Below, in pieces: positions 29,404 through 39,101 of a stretch of 64,000 nucleotides of DNA. The stretch's first letter is position 1. Each line of letters starts with the position of its first letter. Below the pieces are notes generated by a model, which saw only the letters and a program-made list of their open reading frames with translations, had not been told where the DNA came from and searched no databases. The stretch comes from an uncultured Verrucomicrobiae bacterium (GTDB lineage: Bacteria > Verrucomicrobiota > Verrucomicrobiia > Limisphaerales > Palsa-1400), in assembly GCA_963707025.1 (NCBI GenBank), contig CAVPOM010000018.1, positions 288,001 through 352,000 on the forward strand. The letters are read 5' to 3'. The position numbers were made by a program, and so were the translations under genes.

Positions 29404-32400
29404 TCCCGCTCCCGCCAGATCACATCAAAGCTGACGCGTGTGCCGGCGCCGGGCTGGCTCTCGATGCGGCAACTGCCGCCTACCTCGGCCAGCCGCTGGC
29501 GCATGTTGCGCAACCCGTCCGCCAGCGCGTTTTCGGTGACGCCGGCAAAACCGTGGCCATTGTCCTCGATGGTGATGAGCAGCTTCTCCGGCGAGGCCTG
29601 GACCCTGACCCAGACTTCGCTGGCCTGGGCGTGTTTGACGATGTTGTGCAGGGCCTCCTTGACCGCCAGGAACAAGTTGTGGCGCTGGTCGGAGGACACC
29701 TCGCGCGGCGGCGGCTGCTCCGGAAAATCCAGCCGGCAGCGGATGCCCGCCACCCGCAGATAATCCAGCGCAAACTGTCCGGCGTAGTCCATGAGGTGGG
29801 CCAGCGTGTCGTTGCGCGGGTTGACCGCCCAGACGATTTCGTCCAGCGACTTGATGGCCTGCCGCGCCGTCGCCGAAATGGTTTCCGTCCGCTCCGCCGC
29901 CTTTTCCGGGCTGGCGTGGTCCTGCCCGGCCAATTCGCCGAGGAAGGCAATTTGCGTCAGGCTCGCGCCCAGGTCGTCGTGGATGTCCTTGGCGATGCGG
30001 GCCCGTTCCTGGTGGAGCGCGGACTGTTGTTCCAGCAGGCGCAGTTGCCGGCGCAGACGGCGGAAGGAAACGTAGCGCACGGCGGCGATGATGCCGAGGG
30101 TGAAGCCGCCGAGCAGCGCGCCGCGAAACCACCAGTTCTGCCAAAAAAACGGGGTGACGACCAGACTCAGCGCCGCGCCGGTTTCGTTCCAGACGCCGTT
30201 GTTGTTGCAAGCCTTGACCTGGAAGCGGTAGCGGCCCGGCGGCAGAGGGGGATAACTGACGCTCCTTCCCATTCTGTCCAAGTCTGCTTCCATCCATCCT
30301 TCATCGTAATTTTCCAGGCGGTATTGGAAGCGGACGTTTTCCGGGGCGGTGAAACTGAGCGCAGTGAAATCAATATCCAGCTTGCCAAGATTCGGCCCCA
30401 GCCGCAGCGGCGCGGCCGGTTGGCGCAGGTCCGCCAGGTCCGCCGGACATTTTTGGCGCAGCGGCGAACGGCTGTCGTAGAGCGCCACGGCCTGGCCGTC
30501 CACCGCCACCCGTTCGAGCAGGACCGGCGGGGCGGTGGCATTGGGCGGCAGGTTTTCCGCATGGACCACCGCCAGCCCGGTGCGCATTGGAAACCAGAGC
30601 CGCCCATCGCGCCCGTGCAACACGCCGGGGAAATTGTCGAAATTGGCCTGCAAGTTGGCCAGCCCTTCTCCCCGCCCGTGCAGCAGGCAGCGCACCGTCT
30701 TGCTTTTGTTGTCCGCGGCCTGCGCCAATTCCTCCAGCCGCGCCTGGAACAGGCCGCGGTTGCCGGCGCACCACAGCCAGCCCCGTCCGTCCGCCGCCAT
30801 CTGCGAAATATAATTGTCATTGAATCCCTGCTCCGTCGTGATGCGCGCGTAATGTCCGTCTTTCAACCTGCCCAAACCCCAGCCCGCATAGCCAATCCAC
30901 AGGCTCCCGTCGGGGGTGGCCTCCAGGCAGCGGATGGAGAGCAACTGCGCCGAGGTGCGGCCCGTTTCGCTGATGACTTGGTCCCCATGCACCCGAAAAA
31001 GCTGGCCGTCCGCGCTGCCCACCCAAACATCCCCGGCCAGGTCCTGCGCCATGGCCCGGAGGCTGCGCGCGGCGGAGGGAAAGTCCAGGATGTGCCAGTT
31101 CTTGCCCCGAAGCCGTTGCAACTGGTTGGGAGAATCGGTGGCCACCCAGACTTCCCCTGCCGGACTGACCAGGATGGAACGCACATTGGCGCTGGCCAAT
31201 CCATCCTCGGTCCGCCAGGCGCTCCATCGGTCGTTCTGCCAGCGCAACAAACCGTTCTCGCGCGTGCCCACCCAGACGCCGCCGGCGCCGTCCGCGGCCA
31301 CGCAGGTGGGATGGCCGCCCGGCCAGCCGGCCTGTTGGGAAACAATGGGCCAGACTCCCTCCGGCCCGCGCGCCAACAATCCATTTTGCGTGGTGATCCA
31401 AATCGCCCCACGCGCATCCTCGCAGACCGAGCGCACCGATTCAAACGGCAGGCCCTTCTCCGTGCCCAGCAACTCCACCGTGCTCGGGCGCAGGCGGTTC
31501 AAGCCGCCGCCCGCCGTCCCGGCCCAGATATTTCCCTCGCGATCCTCCAGCAGGCAGGTGATTTCGCGATGCGAGGTGCGCACCCATTCGTGGCTGGCTT
31601 TCTGGCAGCGGAACAATCCGTTGGCGGCGGTGCCGATCCAGACCGCTCCGGCGCGATCCTCCAGCAAGGCGGTCACCTCGTCGTGGGCCATTTCCGGCGG
31701 CAGTGCGGCAAACTCCTCCGGCCGGCCTCCGGCCTCAAATTGCCAGAGCTTCCCGCCCGAACAAATCCAAATGCCTCCCGCCCGCTTTGCGCCGATGCGC
31801 GTGACCGGGGCCGGGCAGTGCAGCAGAGTCTGCCATTTTTCATCCTGGTTCACGCCTACTTGGCGGTCTTTGCCGAACCAGAGCCGGCCTTGCGCGTCGG
31901 CCGCCAGCGAGCAGACGGCCGGGCCGGACGCGTCCCCGGGGAGTTGGCGGGTTTGCCCCCGCCCATTTTTGATCCGCGACACGCTGCCGTTGGCGTAGGC
32001 AATCCAGAGGCCGCCCTCCGCATCGTCCGCCATGCCGCTGGCCCGGGAATCGGGCAGGTCGTCCTTGAAGACCCGGGCCGCGCCCGCTTCCAGGCACACC
32101 ACCGGCCCCCGGTCCATCCCCAGCCACAGTTTCCCCTGGCGATCCAGCCACATCACCCGCACCACCCGGTTGGGGACACCCTCCAGATTGACCAGCGGCG
32201 CTTCTTGAAAACGCACCCCGTCAAATCGCATCAACCCGCCCGCCGTCGCCACCCAGAGGTAGCCGTCGGACGTTTGCGCCACCCCGGAGACGGTGTTGTC
32301 CGGCAGCCCGTCATCGGACTGCCAGGCGCGCGACAACCAGGCTGCGCTGGCGGCGAAAACCGGGGCCGCCGGAACCGGCGTCAGCCAGCATCCGGCCAGC

Positions 32401-32414
32401 AGACAGAGCCGCAT
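29400..32414 (-). CDS. Hybrid propeller (Reg_prop/YYY) sensor histidine kinase, HisKA_3 type
   Basis: GLPDNxV / EDRxGxIW propeller repeats, YYY domain, TM helix, ERARIAKDIHDDLGA, EALHNIVKHA and DNGHGF. Start uncertain. Confidence 0.93.
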   Translation of the reverse strand: MRLCLLAGCWLTPVPAAPVFAASAAWLSRAWQSDDGLPDNTVSGVAQTSDGYLWVATAGGLMRFDGVRFQEAPLVNLEGVPNRVVRVMWLDRQGKLWLGMDRGPVVCLEAGAARVFKDDLPDSRASGMADDAEGGLWIAYANGSVSRIKNGRGQTRQLPGDASGPAVCSLAADAQGRLWFGKDRQVGVNQDEKWQTLLHCPAPVTRIGAKRAGGIWICSGGKLWQFEAGGRPEEFAALPPEMAHDEVTALLEDRAGAVWIGTAANGLFRCQKASHEWVRTSHREITCLLEDREGNIWAGTAGGGLNRLRPSTVELLGTEKGLPFESVRSVCEDARGAIWITTQNGLLARGPEGVWPIVSQQAGWPGGHPTCVAADGAGGVWVGTRENGLLRWQNDRWSAWRTEDGLASANVRSILVSPAGEVWVATDSPNQLQRLRGKNWHILDFPSAARSLRAMAQDLAGDVWVGSADGQLFRVHGDQVISETGRTSAQLLSIRCLEATPDGSLWIGYAGWGLGRLKDGHYARITTEQGFNDNYISQMAADGRGWLWCAGNRGLFQARLEELAQAADNKSKTVRCLLHGRGEGLANLQANFDNFPGVLHGRDGRLWFPMRTGLAVVHAENLPPNATAPPVLLERVAVDGQAVALYDSRSPLRQKCPADLADLRQPAAPLRLGPNLGKLDIDFTALSFTAPENVRFQYRLENYDEGWMEADLDRMGRSVSYPPLPPGRYRFQVKACNNNGVWNETGAALSLVVTPFFWQNWWFRGALLGGFTLGIIAAVRYVSFRRLRRQLRLLEQQSALHQERARIAKDIHDDLGASLTQIAFLGELAGQDHASPEKAAERTETISATARQAIKSLDEIVWAVNPRNDTLAHLMDYAGQFALDYLRVAGIRCRLDFPEQPPPREVSSDQRHNLFLAVKEALHNIVKHAQASEVWVRVQASPEKLLITIEDNGHGFAGVTENALADGLRNMRQRLAEVGGSCRIESQPGAGTRVSFDVIWRERD

Positions 32415-32569
32415 CAGGCAGGGAAGGGCTTTGGGCACGGCAAAAGCATAATGTTTTCCGCCCCGCGCGCAACCCGCAATCCGCGGGCACCCCACCCCGC
32501 CATGTTCCAGCATTTGATTTTTTTGGCGGAGTGGTTATTATTGGAAGGAATGAAGATGGAGAACGAGTT

Positions 32570-33493
32570 ATGAAATTCTTTCAAATCGCAAAGCGAACGG
32601 TTCTTTTTCTGGTCGTGAACATCCTGGTGATGCTCACGCTGGGCATCCTTTTGAGTCTTTTCGGCGTGCAACAGCGTTTGGGCAACGCCAATTTCACCAC
32701 CCTCCTCATCGTCTGCTGCGTGGTGGGCATGGGCGGCGCGTTTATTTCCCTCCTCCTCTCCCGGTTCCTGGCCAAAATGATGCAGGGCGTGCGGGTGGTG
32801 GATCCCAACACGACCGACCGCAACGAGCAATGGCTGGTGCAGACCGTGTACCATCTGGCCCGGGCCGCCCACCTTTCCGCCATGCCGGAAGTCGGCATTT
32901 ACCCGTCGCCCGAAATCAACGCCTTTGCCACCGGCCCGTCGGAGTCGCAGGCGCTGGTGACCGTTTCCTCCGGCCTGCTCCACACCATGCAGCCGGCCGA
33001 AATCGAAGGAGTGCTGGGGCACGAGATGACGCACATCGCCAACGGCGACATGGTGACGATGACGTTGATTCAAGGCGTGGTCAACACCATCGCCATGTTC
33101 ATGGGCTGGGTGCTGGCCATCCTGCTTTCCCAAAATTCCCGCGGCAATGACCGCCGCGGCGGGGGCAGTTGGTTCATGCAATACATGTTGCAGCAGCTTT
33201 TCCAGAGTGTGTTCATGGTGTTGGGGTCTTTGGTGGTGGCGAAGTTCTCGCGCTGGCGTGAATTCCGGGCCGACGCCGGCGGGGCGCGTCTGGCCGGCCG
33301 CGACCACATGCTCTCGGCGCTGCGGCGGCTGAAACTCATCCACGAAGAGGGCGCCGATCACGCCGGCCCGCCCAATCCGGCGCTGCAAGCCCTGCAAATC
33401 TCCGGCAAGAGCGGCGGATTGATGGCCCTGCTGGCCGACCATCCCCCCATTGAAGAACGCATCGCCCGGCTGGAGCGGCCGGTCATCGGATAA
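32570..33493 (+). CDS. htpX: Membrane zinc protease HtpX
   Basis: INAFATG, GHEMTHIANGD (HExxH), SRWREFRAD and HPPIEERI. Confidence 0.95.
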   Translation: MKFFQIAKRTVLFLVVNILVMLTLGILLSLFGVQQRLGNANFTTLLIVCCVVGMGGAFISLLLSRFLAKMMQGVRVVDPNTTDRNEQWLVQTVYHLARAAHLSAMPEVGIYPSPEINAFATGPSESQALVTVSSGLLHTMQPAEIEGVLGHEMTHIANGDMVTMTLIQGVVNTIAMFMGWVLAILLSQNSRGNDRRGGGSWFMQYMLQQLFQSVFMVLGSLVVAKFSRWREFRADAGGARLAGRDHMLSALRRLKLIHEEGADHAGPPNPALQALQISGKSGGLMALLADHPPIEERIARLERPVIG

Positions 33494-33644
33494 GGGATGC
33501 CCGTTCAAAACCGTCGCCAGTCCTGCGCCACGCCTTTTGATGTCACGAATGATTCGGGCAGGTTGATGCCATTTAAGGATTTTTAAACGGGAGAAAATGG
33601 CGTTTGCAACTTGCCCGGCGTGGGTTTTTGTGGATAATTATCCC

Positions 33645-33836
33645 ATGAGCACTCAGGAAATGCTGCTGGCGGAAATCAAGAACCAGCCTGAACCGGTGCT
33701 GCGCGAGCTCTGGCACTACTTGAGATATCTCACCCGGCAGCGGGAGGAGGAGAGGTGGGCCGATATGCTGCCAACGCGTGAAGTGGAACAGGAAGTATTG
33801 GACATCCTCGACGGCCATGAATCCGCGCCACGGTGA
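33645..33836 (+). CDS. Putative antitoxin (small, DUF2281-like)
   Basis: 63 aa, MSTQEMLLAEIKNQPEPVLRELWHYLRYL. Overlaps the start of the toxin gene. Confidence 0.65.
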   Translation: MSTQEMLLAEIKNQPEPVLRELWHYLRYLTRQREEERWADMLPTREVEQEVLDILDGHESAPR

Positions 33837-34134
33837 AGTCTGGTTGGTGGACATGGGACTGGCGGGGAAGACCCGCCCTGCGGTAGTGCTGCTAGCTGAC
33901 CACCTGAACACCCCGCGCTCGCTTATTATTCATATTCCAATCACGCGGCAGAATCGTGGCAGCGAACTGGAAGTGCCGCTGGGCCATTTGCCTTTTCTCG
34001 ACCCTGAGTCTGTGGCCAACACCCAGGGCGTTGGGGCTCTTCCTTCGATTCGATTTGAAAAACGCCTCGGCGTCTTGCCGGCGGCGGACTTAAAAGCCAT
34101 AAAAACCGCGCTCATCAAAGCCTGCGCATTATAG
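33817..34134 (+). CDS. PemK/MazF-family endoribonuclease toxin
   Basis: GEVWLVDMG..GKTRPAVVL...IPIT, SVAN and RLGVL. Confidence 0.88.
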   Translation: MNPRHGEVWLVDMGLAGKTRPAVVLLADHLNTPRSLIIHIPITRQNRGSELEVPLGHLPFLDPESVANTQGVGALPSIRFEKRLGVLPAADLKAIKTALIKACAL

Positions 34135-34248
34135 AATTCCTGGATCGGCCTCCTGGAATCCCGGTCAGTTCAGCGCCACGCCTTTGCGGAGGCTGGTCGG
34201 CTGATCAAGTAGCTTGCGTTTGCGGCAGATTCAAGGTAGAGGATAACC

Positions 34249-34470
34249 ATGAGCGTAACCGGAAAAGTCAAGAATGGCGTGGTCGTGCTCCCGGCGGGAA
34301 CCAAGTTGCCGGAAGGCGCGGATGTAAAGATAGAAACGCTTGACCTTGCTCCCAAGGATGATCCATTCCTTGCTGCCGTGCTCAAAACGTCCAAACCGCG
34401 TCCCCACTGGCCCAAGGACTACGTGCTCAACCACGGCCACCACGTCAGCGGAGAACCCAAGAAACCGTGA
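34249..34470 (+). CDS. Orphan antitoxin-like small protein
   Basis: TGKVKNGVVVLP..LPEGADV and C-terminal PKDYVLNHGHHVSG. This type usually precedes PIN toxins (inference). Confidence 0.6.
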   Translation: MSVTGKVKNGVVVLPAGTKLPEGADVKIETLDLAPKDDPFLAAVLKTSKPRPHWPKDYVLNHGHHVSGEPKKP

Positions 34471-34505
34471 GTTTCGAGCAGGAGGGCTTCACCGCTTTGC
34501 GAAAA

Positions 34506-35846
34506 TCAGTTTAAAGCGACGCCCTTGCGAATGTAGGTGGGCAGATCCAAATCCTCGCCGTGGCGGATGGTCGGCTCGCTTTTGTCGAAACGGCCTTTGA
34601 AAACTATTTCCAACGGCAGTTCCTTCTGCATGCGGGAGTTTTTGCGGCGGGCCTGCCCGGTTTGACGGGTGTAAAGCTGCTCCTTCTTTTCGTTGGACAA
34701 CTCCGGCGGAGGCGCGACGCAACGGGACGCAGGACGCGCCGTGGCCGACGGGTCGAGGAATTGCAGAGCGGCGGCGTCGGCCTTGCCCGGGGCTTCCGCC
34801 GGCGCGCCCGCCGGGGCGGAGGCGCGGGCGGACCAGGGCGCCGGTTCGGCGGGGCGGCGCCTGGAGGCAATGAGCATCACCGAGAGACGCCCGGTGAACG
34901 CCTCGTCAATGGCGGCCCCGAAAATCAGATGGGCGTTTTCACACTGGCGCTGGAGCGGCTCCATAATCTTGTTGACTTCGCTCATGGTCAAATCCGGGCC
35001 GCCCGCCAGGCTGACCAGGACGGCGTCGGATTCATTGAGGACCTGGCCGCCGTCCAGGAGGGGATGGGCCAGGAGCTTTTCCAGGATTTGTTCGCTGCGT
35101 TTCTCGCCGCCGGCCTCGGCCGTGGCAAAGGAACTGGCGACATGACGGCCGCGGGTGACCGAACACAGATCGGCGAAATCCACATTGATCAACCCGGTCT
35201 GGGTGAGCAGACGCCAGATGCCCCGCAGACCCTCGGCCATGAGGGTGTGGCCGATTTTAAAGGTCTCCAGGACGCTGGTTTTTTCATCCAGCAGCTTGAA
35301 TAGTTTCTGGTTGGGCAGGCAGATGACGGCGTCGGCGGCCGCTTTGAGCTGCTCCAACCCGGCCTCCGCCTGGCCCTGGCGGCGGCCGCCTTCGAAGTCG
35401 AAGGGGAGGATGGCCAGGGCCAGAACCAGCGCGCCGCCTTCGCGGGCCACGCGGGCCAGGACCGGAGCGGCGCCCGTGCCGGTGCCGCCCCCCAGGCCGG
35501 CGAGGATGAAAATAATGTCCGCCCCCGCGCAGAAGGAAGCCAGCCGCGCCGCATCGTCCTCGGCGGCGGCGCGGCCCTGTTCGGGATCCCCGCCGGTGCC
35601 CAGTCCGCGGGTGCGCTGCTGGCCGAGCACCCATTTGTCCGGCAGGGGCGAAGCGGCCAGGGCCTGGGCATCGGTGTTGAAGAGCAGAAAATCAACGCAG
35701 TCCAACTTGCTTTGGGCGATGAAGCCGGCGGCGTTGCAACCCGCGCCGCCGACGCCGCACACTTTGATGCAGATTTTCTTCTTGAGGGCGGCCTGGTCCG
35801 CTTTTTCCACGGACGCGCCGGGGGTGCTGGCAAAGGGGGTGGTCAT
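34506..35846 (-). CDS. ftsZ: Cell division GTPase FtsZ
   Basis: GVGGAGCN, NTDAQAL, GLGGGTGTG, GLINVDFAD and C-terminal DLDLPTYIR. Confidence 0.97.
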   Translation of the reverse strand: MTTPFASTPGASVEKADQAALKKKICIKVCGVGGAGCNAAGFIAQSKLDCVDFLLFNTDAQALAASPLPDKWVLGQQRTRGLGTGGDPEQGRAAAEDDAARLASFCAGADIIFILAGLGGGTGTGAAPVLARVAREGGALVLALAILPFDFEGGRRQGQAEAGLEQLKAAADAVICLPNQKLFKLLDEKTSVLETFKIGHTLMAEGLRGIWRLLTQTGLINVDFADLCSVTRGRHVASSFATAEAGGEKRSEQILEKLLAHPLLDGGQVLNESDAVLVSLAGGPDLTMSEVNKIMEPLQRQCENAHLIFGAAIDEAFTGRLSVMLIASRRRPAEPAPWSARASAPAGAPAEAPGKADAAALQFLDPSATARPASRCVAPPPELSNEKKEQLYTRQTGQARRKNSRMQKELPLEIVFKGRFDKSEPTIRHGEDLDLPTYIRKGVALN

Positions 35847-35848
35847 GG

Positions 35849-37066
35849 TTACCTTTTAAACATTTCGGCCAGGGTCCGCTTGAAGCCGCCGGCCAGGCCG
35901 CCGTTGTTTTTGCGTTTTTGCTGGAGCGAGCCAAATCGGACCAGGCCGATGGCGGTGGCAAACTCCGGCTGGTCCAGGGCGGACTTCAACCCGCTGATGG
36001 AATTGGTCTTGCCGGGAAAAGCCGGCAACTGGAAAACACTTTCGGCCAGGGTTTGGATCTGCGGGATGCGCGCGCCGCCGCCGCAGAGAAAGACCCCGGC
36101 GCGCAGGCGCTCCAGCCAGCCCAGATGGGAAATCTCCCGCTCGATCAATTCGAAAATCTCCTCCAGGCGCAAGGAGGTGATGCGGTGGAGGTGCTCCAGA
36201 TTGATGGTTTTGGAGGGCAGCCCCATTTGGCCGGGCAGTTCAATGGTCCGGCCCTTGGCCTCCGCTTGCAGCACGGCGCAGGCGTGGTCCAGTTTCAACT
36301 GTTCCGCCCGGCCCAGCGGCACTTTCAGCCCGTAGGCCAGGTCGTTGGAAACATGGTCGCCCCCCACCGCCAGCACGCCGGTGTGTTTGATGATGCCGTC
36401 GGAATAGACGGCGTAATCGGTCGTGCCGCCGCCCATGTCAATGACCAGGGAGCCCAGTTCCTTCTGTTCGTTGGAGAGCAAGGCCAGGGCGGAAGCCAGC
36501 CCGTTGAACACCACCTCCTCCACGTCCAACTGCAATCCTTTGACCACGGCGATGGAGTTTTTCAAGCGGTTGCCGTGGCCGTGGACGACATGAACATCCA
36601 CCTCGACCTTGGCCCCGAACATGCCGACGGGGTTGAGGATGCCGGTCTGGGCATCCACCTGGAAATGCTGGCGGATGGCGTGGATGATGCTGTTTTCCAC
36701 CGGCAGATTGATCGCCTTGGCGTTTTTGATCGCGTCCTGCACATCCTCTTCCGTGATTTCCCGGTCGGCGGAGACGACGGGATGAACGCCATGATTGCTG
36801 AAGCCGCGGATATGATTGCCGGTGACGCCCAGGTAAACGCTGCGGATTTCGACGTTGGCCATTTGCTCGGCCTCGACGATGGCGTTGCGCACGTCCTCCT
36901 CGGCCAGGGCCGGCTCGGCGATCTCGCCCTTGCGCACGCCGCGGGAGCGGGCCTGGCCCACGCCGATGATGTTCAGGGCGTGGCCGGCGCCGCTTTCCCC
37001 CACCACCGCGCAGATTTTTGAGGTGCCGATTTCCAGGCCGACAATGATGGAGGAGGAATCAAACAT
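35849..37066 (-). CDS. ftsA: Cell division protein FtsA
   Basis: GLEIGTSKI, IDMGGGTTD, LCGGGA and FATAIGL. Confidence 0.96.
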   Translation of the reverse strand: MFDSSSIIVGLEIGTSKICAVVGESGAGHALNIIGVGQARSRGVRKGEIAEPALAEEDVRNAIVEAEQMANVEIRSVYLGVTGNHIRGFSNHGVHPVVSADREITEEDVQDAIKNAKAINLPVENSIIHAIRQHFQVDAQTGILNPVGMFGAKVEVDVHVVHGHGNRLKNSIAVVKGLQLDVEEVVFNGLASALALLSNEQKELGSLVIDMGGGTTDYAVYSDGIIKHTGVLAVGGDHVSNDLAYGLKVPLGRAEQLKLDHACAVLQAEAKGRTIELPGQMGLPSKTINLEHLHRITSLRLEEIFELIEREISHLGWLERLRAGVFLCGGGARIPQIQTLAESVFQLPAFPGKTNSISGLKSALDQPEFATAIGLVRFGSLQQKRKNNGGLAGGFKRTLAEMFKR

Positions 37067-38021
37067 TTTTCCTTTTCAGTTTATTAGGTTTGACAAATTG
37101 GTGGAGCAGCGGAGGCAGGCTGTTGCTGGCCACCCAGCGCACCGGCAGGTGGTTGGAGATGGAAATGTCCAGGCTGGCGATGGCTTTGCCCCTGGCCTGG
37201 CCGTAGTTGTAAATTTCCCGCCAGCGCCGCAACTGCACATCGAATTGGTCGAGGGAAAAAGTGATGCGCGCCCCCTGGCTGGTCGTCGCCTCCAGAATTT
37301 CCGGCGAGGCCACATTGATGCTCTGCAACTCCGCCATCCCGGCCATGGGCGAGCGGTCCAGCGCCGTGAGCAGGCGCAGGGCGGCCAGAACCTGGGGTGA
37401 TTCGGCGGCATGGCCGGGGTTCAAATCCTTGGGCGGCACGCCGGTCAGCGTGGGCAGCAGCGTGTTGGTCGGGGCGGGCGTCAGGCGCCAGGCCGCATCC
37501 AGCGGCTGCATCACCACGCCCGTCTCATCAAAATCATTGGTCAGGGCATTGAACCCGCCGCCGCGGCGCGGTTGCAGAGTAATCGCCTGGGCCATCGGCT
37601 GGCGCTCGGCCACCACGATCCGCAGCGTGCCCGGCAGCACACGCTCGACGGAGACGCCGGCGATGGGGGAATACATTTCCAGGTCGCGCTTGACCCGCAT
37701 CAAATCCAGCGACAACAAATTCTGCCCGGGCTGGACGGTGGCCCAGCGCCGGATGACCCCCGGCGCAATCACCCCGTCGGTGCGGACTTCGACCCGCTGG
37801 ATGGCGAAGGCGGGATTGTCGTACACGGCGTCGGCCAGCAACCACTGCCCGCCGCGCCAGAACAGCAGGGCGAACAAGGCCAGGGCGATGACCCCGGCCA
37901 GCCCTGTCCCGGCCGCCCGCCAGCGCGCCACGCGCATCTGCCGCGTGCGCAACTTCACGTCGAGCACGAACTGGCGCTCGCCGGAACGGCGGTTGCGATT
38001 GCGTTGGAGCCAGCGGATCAT
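37059..38021 (-). CDS. ftsQ: Cell division protein FtsQ/DivIB
   Basis: Single TM helix, POTRA (VERVLPGTLRIVVAERQP); lies between ddl and ftsA. Confidence 0.88.
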   Translation of the reverse strand: MIRWLQRNRNRRSGERQFVLDVKLRTRQMRVARWRAAGTGLAGVIALALFALLFWRGGQWLLADAVYDNPAFAIQRVEVRTDGVIAPGVIRRWATVQPGQNLLSLDLMRVKRDLEMYSPIAGVSVERVLPGTLRIVVAERQPMAQAITLQPRRGGGFNALTNDFDETGVVMQPLDAAWRLTPAPTNTLLPTLTGVPPKDLNPGHAAESPQVLAALRLLTALDRSPMAGMAELQSINVASPEILEATTSQGARITFSLDQFDVQLRRWREIYNYGQARGKAIASLDISISNHLPVRWVASNSLPPLLHQFVKPNKLKRKNV

Positions 38022-38022
38022 G

Positions 38023-38994
38023 TTATTTTCGGGCGGATCGTTGCAGCGCCATATCCACCATGCGCTGGCAAAGTTGCGCGTAATTCACCCCGGCGGCGGC
38101 GGCCGCGTCGGGCAGCACGCTTAACTCCGTCAGCCCGGGCAGGGTGTTGACTTCCAGCACCACCGGATTCCCTCCGGCGGCAACCATCACATCCACCCGC
38201 GCGAAATCGCGCCCGCCGATGGCGCGAAAAGCGCCCAGCGCGGCGGCCTGGATTCTGGCAGTGGTGCCCGCGTCAAAATCGGCGGGGCAAATGTGTTCGG
38301 CCGCGCCCGCCGTGTATTTGTTGCGATAATCGAAAACGCCGTTCTTGACGCGAATTTCCACCACCGGCAGGGCGCGGTCACCCAGGATGCCCACCGTGGC
38401 TTCGCGGCCCTGGATTTTTTCCTCCAGCAACACCTCCGTGTCGTAACGCAGCGCCTCCGCCAGCGCCCCGGCCCACTCCCCGGCCCGCTCCACAAACTGC
38501 AGCCCGATGCTGGAGCCTTGCCGCACCGGCTTGAGCACCACCGGCGGAGTCCAGCCGGGCGGCAAATCCGGCTGCGGCCCGTCCAGCACGGCGAAGCGCG
38601 CGGTCGGGATGCCCTCCTGCAGGCAGCGTTTCTTGGTCAACACTTTATCGAAGGCGGTGCGGCTGGCTTCGGGGCCGCAGCCGGTGTAAGGCACGCCCAA
38701 TTCTTCCAGCCGGGTCTGCACCCCGCCGTCTTCCCCATACGTGCCGTGCAAGGCCAGAAAAACCACCTCCGTCTCCGGCGGCAATGTCCACGCGCAATCC
38801 TTCGGATCCAGTTCGGTCACCTTGTGGCCCAGGGCGCGCAAGGCCCTGGCCGCCGCCGCCCCCGAGCGCAGCGACACCTCCCGCTCGGCGGACGGCCCGC
38901 CCAACATCACGCAAATATTCAAAGCTCTGTTTTTGCGCGCTTCCGGCATGGCCAAAAGTTCCGGCTTCCCTGGATTGTCGTTTCGTTTTGCCAC
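38023..38994 (-). CDS. ddl: D-alanine--D-alanine ligase
   Basis: GGPSAEREVSLRSG, LHGTYGEDG, QGSSIG, FDYRNKY and EVNTLPG. Confidence 0.96.
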   Translation of the reverse strand: MAKRNDNPGKPELLAMPEARKNRALNICVMLGGPSAEREVSLRSGAAAARALRALGHKVTELDPKDCAWTLPPETEVVFLALHGTYGEDGGVQTRLEELGVPYTGCGPEASRTAFDKVLTKKRCLQEGIPTARFAVLDGPQPDLPPGWTPPVVLKPVRQGSSIGLQFVERAGEWAGALAEALRYDTEVLLEEKIQGREATVGILGDRALPVVEIRVKNGVFDYRNKYTAGAAEHICPADFDAGTTARIQAAALGAFRAIGGRDFARVDVMVAAGGNPVVLEVNTLPGLTELSVLPDAAAAAGVNYAQLCQRMVDMALQRSARK

Positions 38995-39048
38995 AATTCC
39001 GTTTGATTCTTACGATCGAAATCTCATCGCTCTAACTCTTCGTCTTCC

Positions 39049-39078
39049 AATCCGTGTTCATCCGCGTCCATCTGTGGT
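39049..39078. repeat. 10-nt periodic intergenic repeat (ATCCGTGTTC x3)
   Basis: AATCCGTGTTCATCCGCGTCCATCTGTGG between murB and ddl. Confidence 0.6.
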
Positions 39079-39101
39079 TCAGCCCTTCAAAATATGTTCG
39101 G

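Noticed and set aside
29553..32573. 1006-aa plus-strand ORF and similar long antisense ORFs (194-1960, 6978-8441, 17229-18713, 60249-62438)
   Set aside because: Shadow ORFs opposite well-supported genes in high-GC DNA, with no recognisable motifs.
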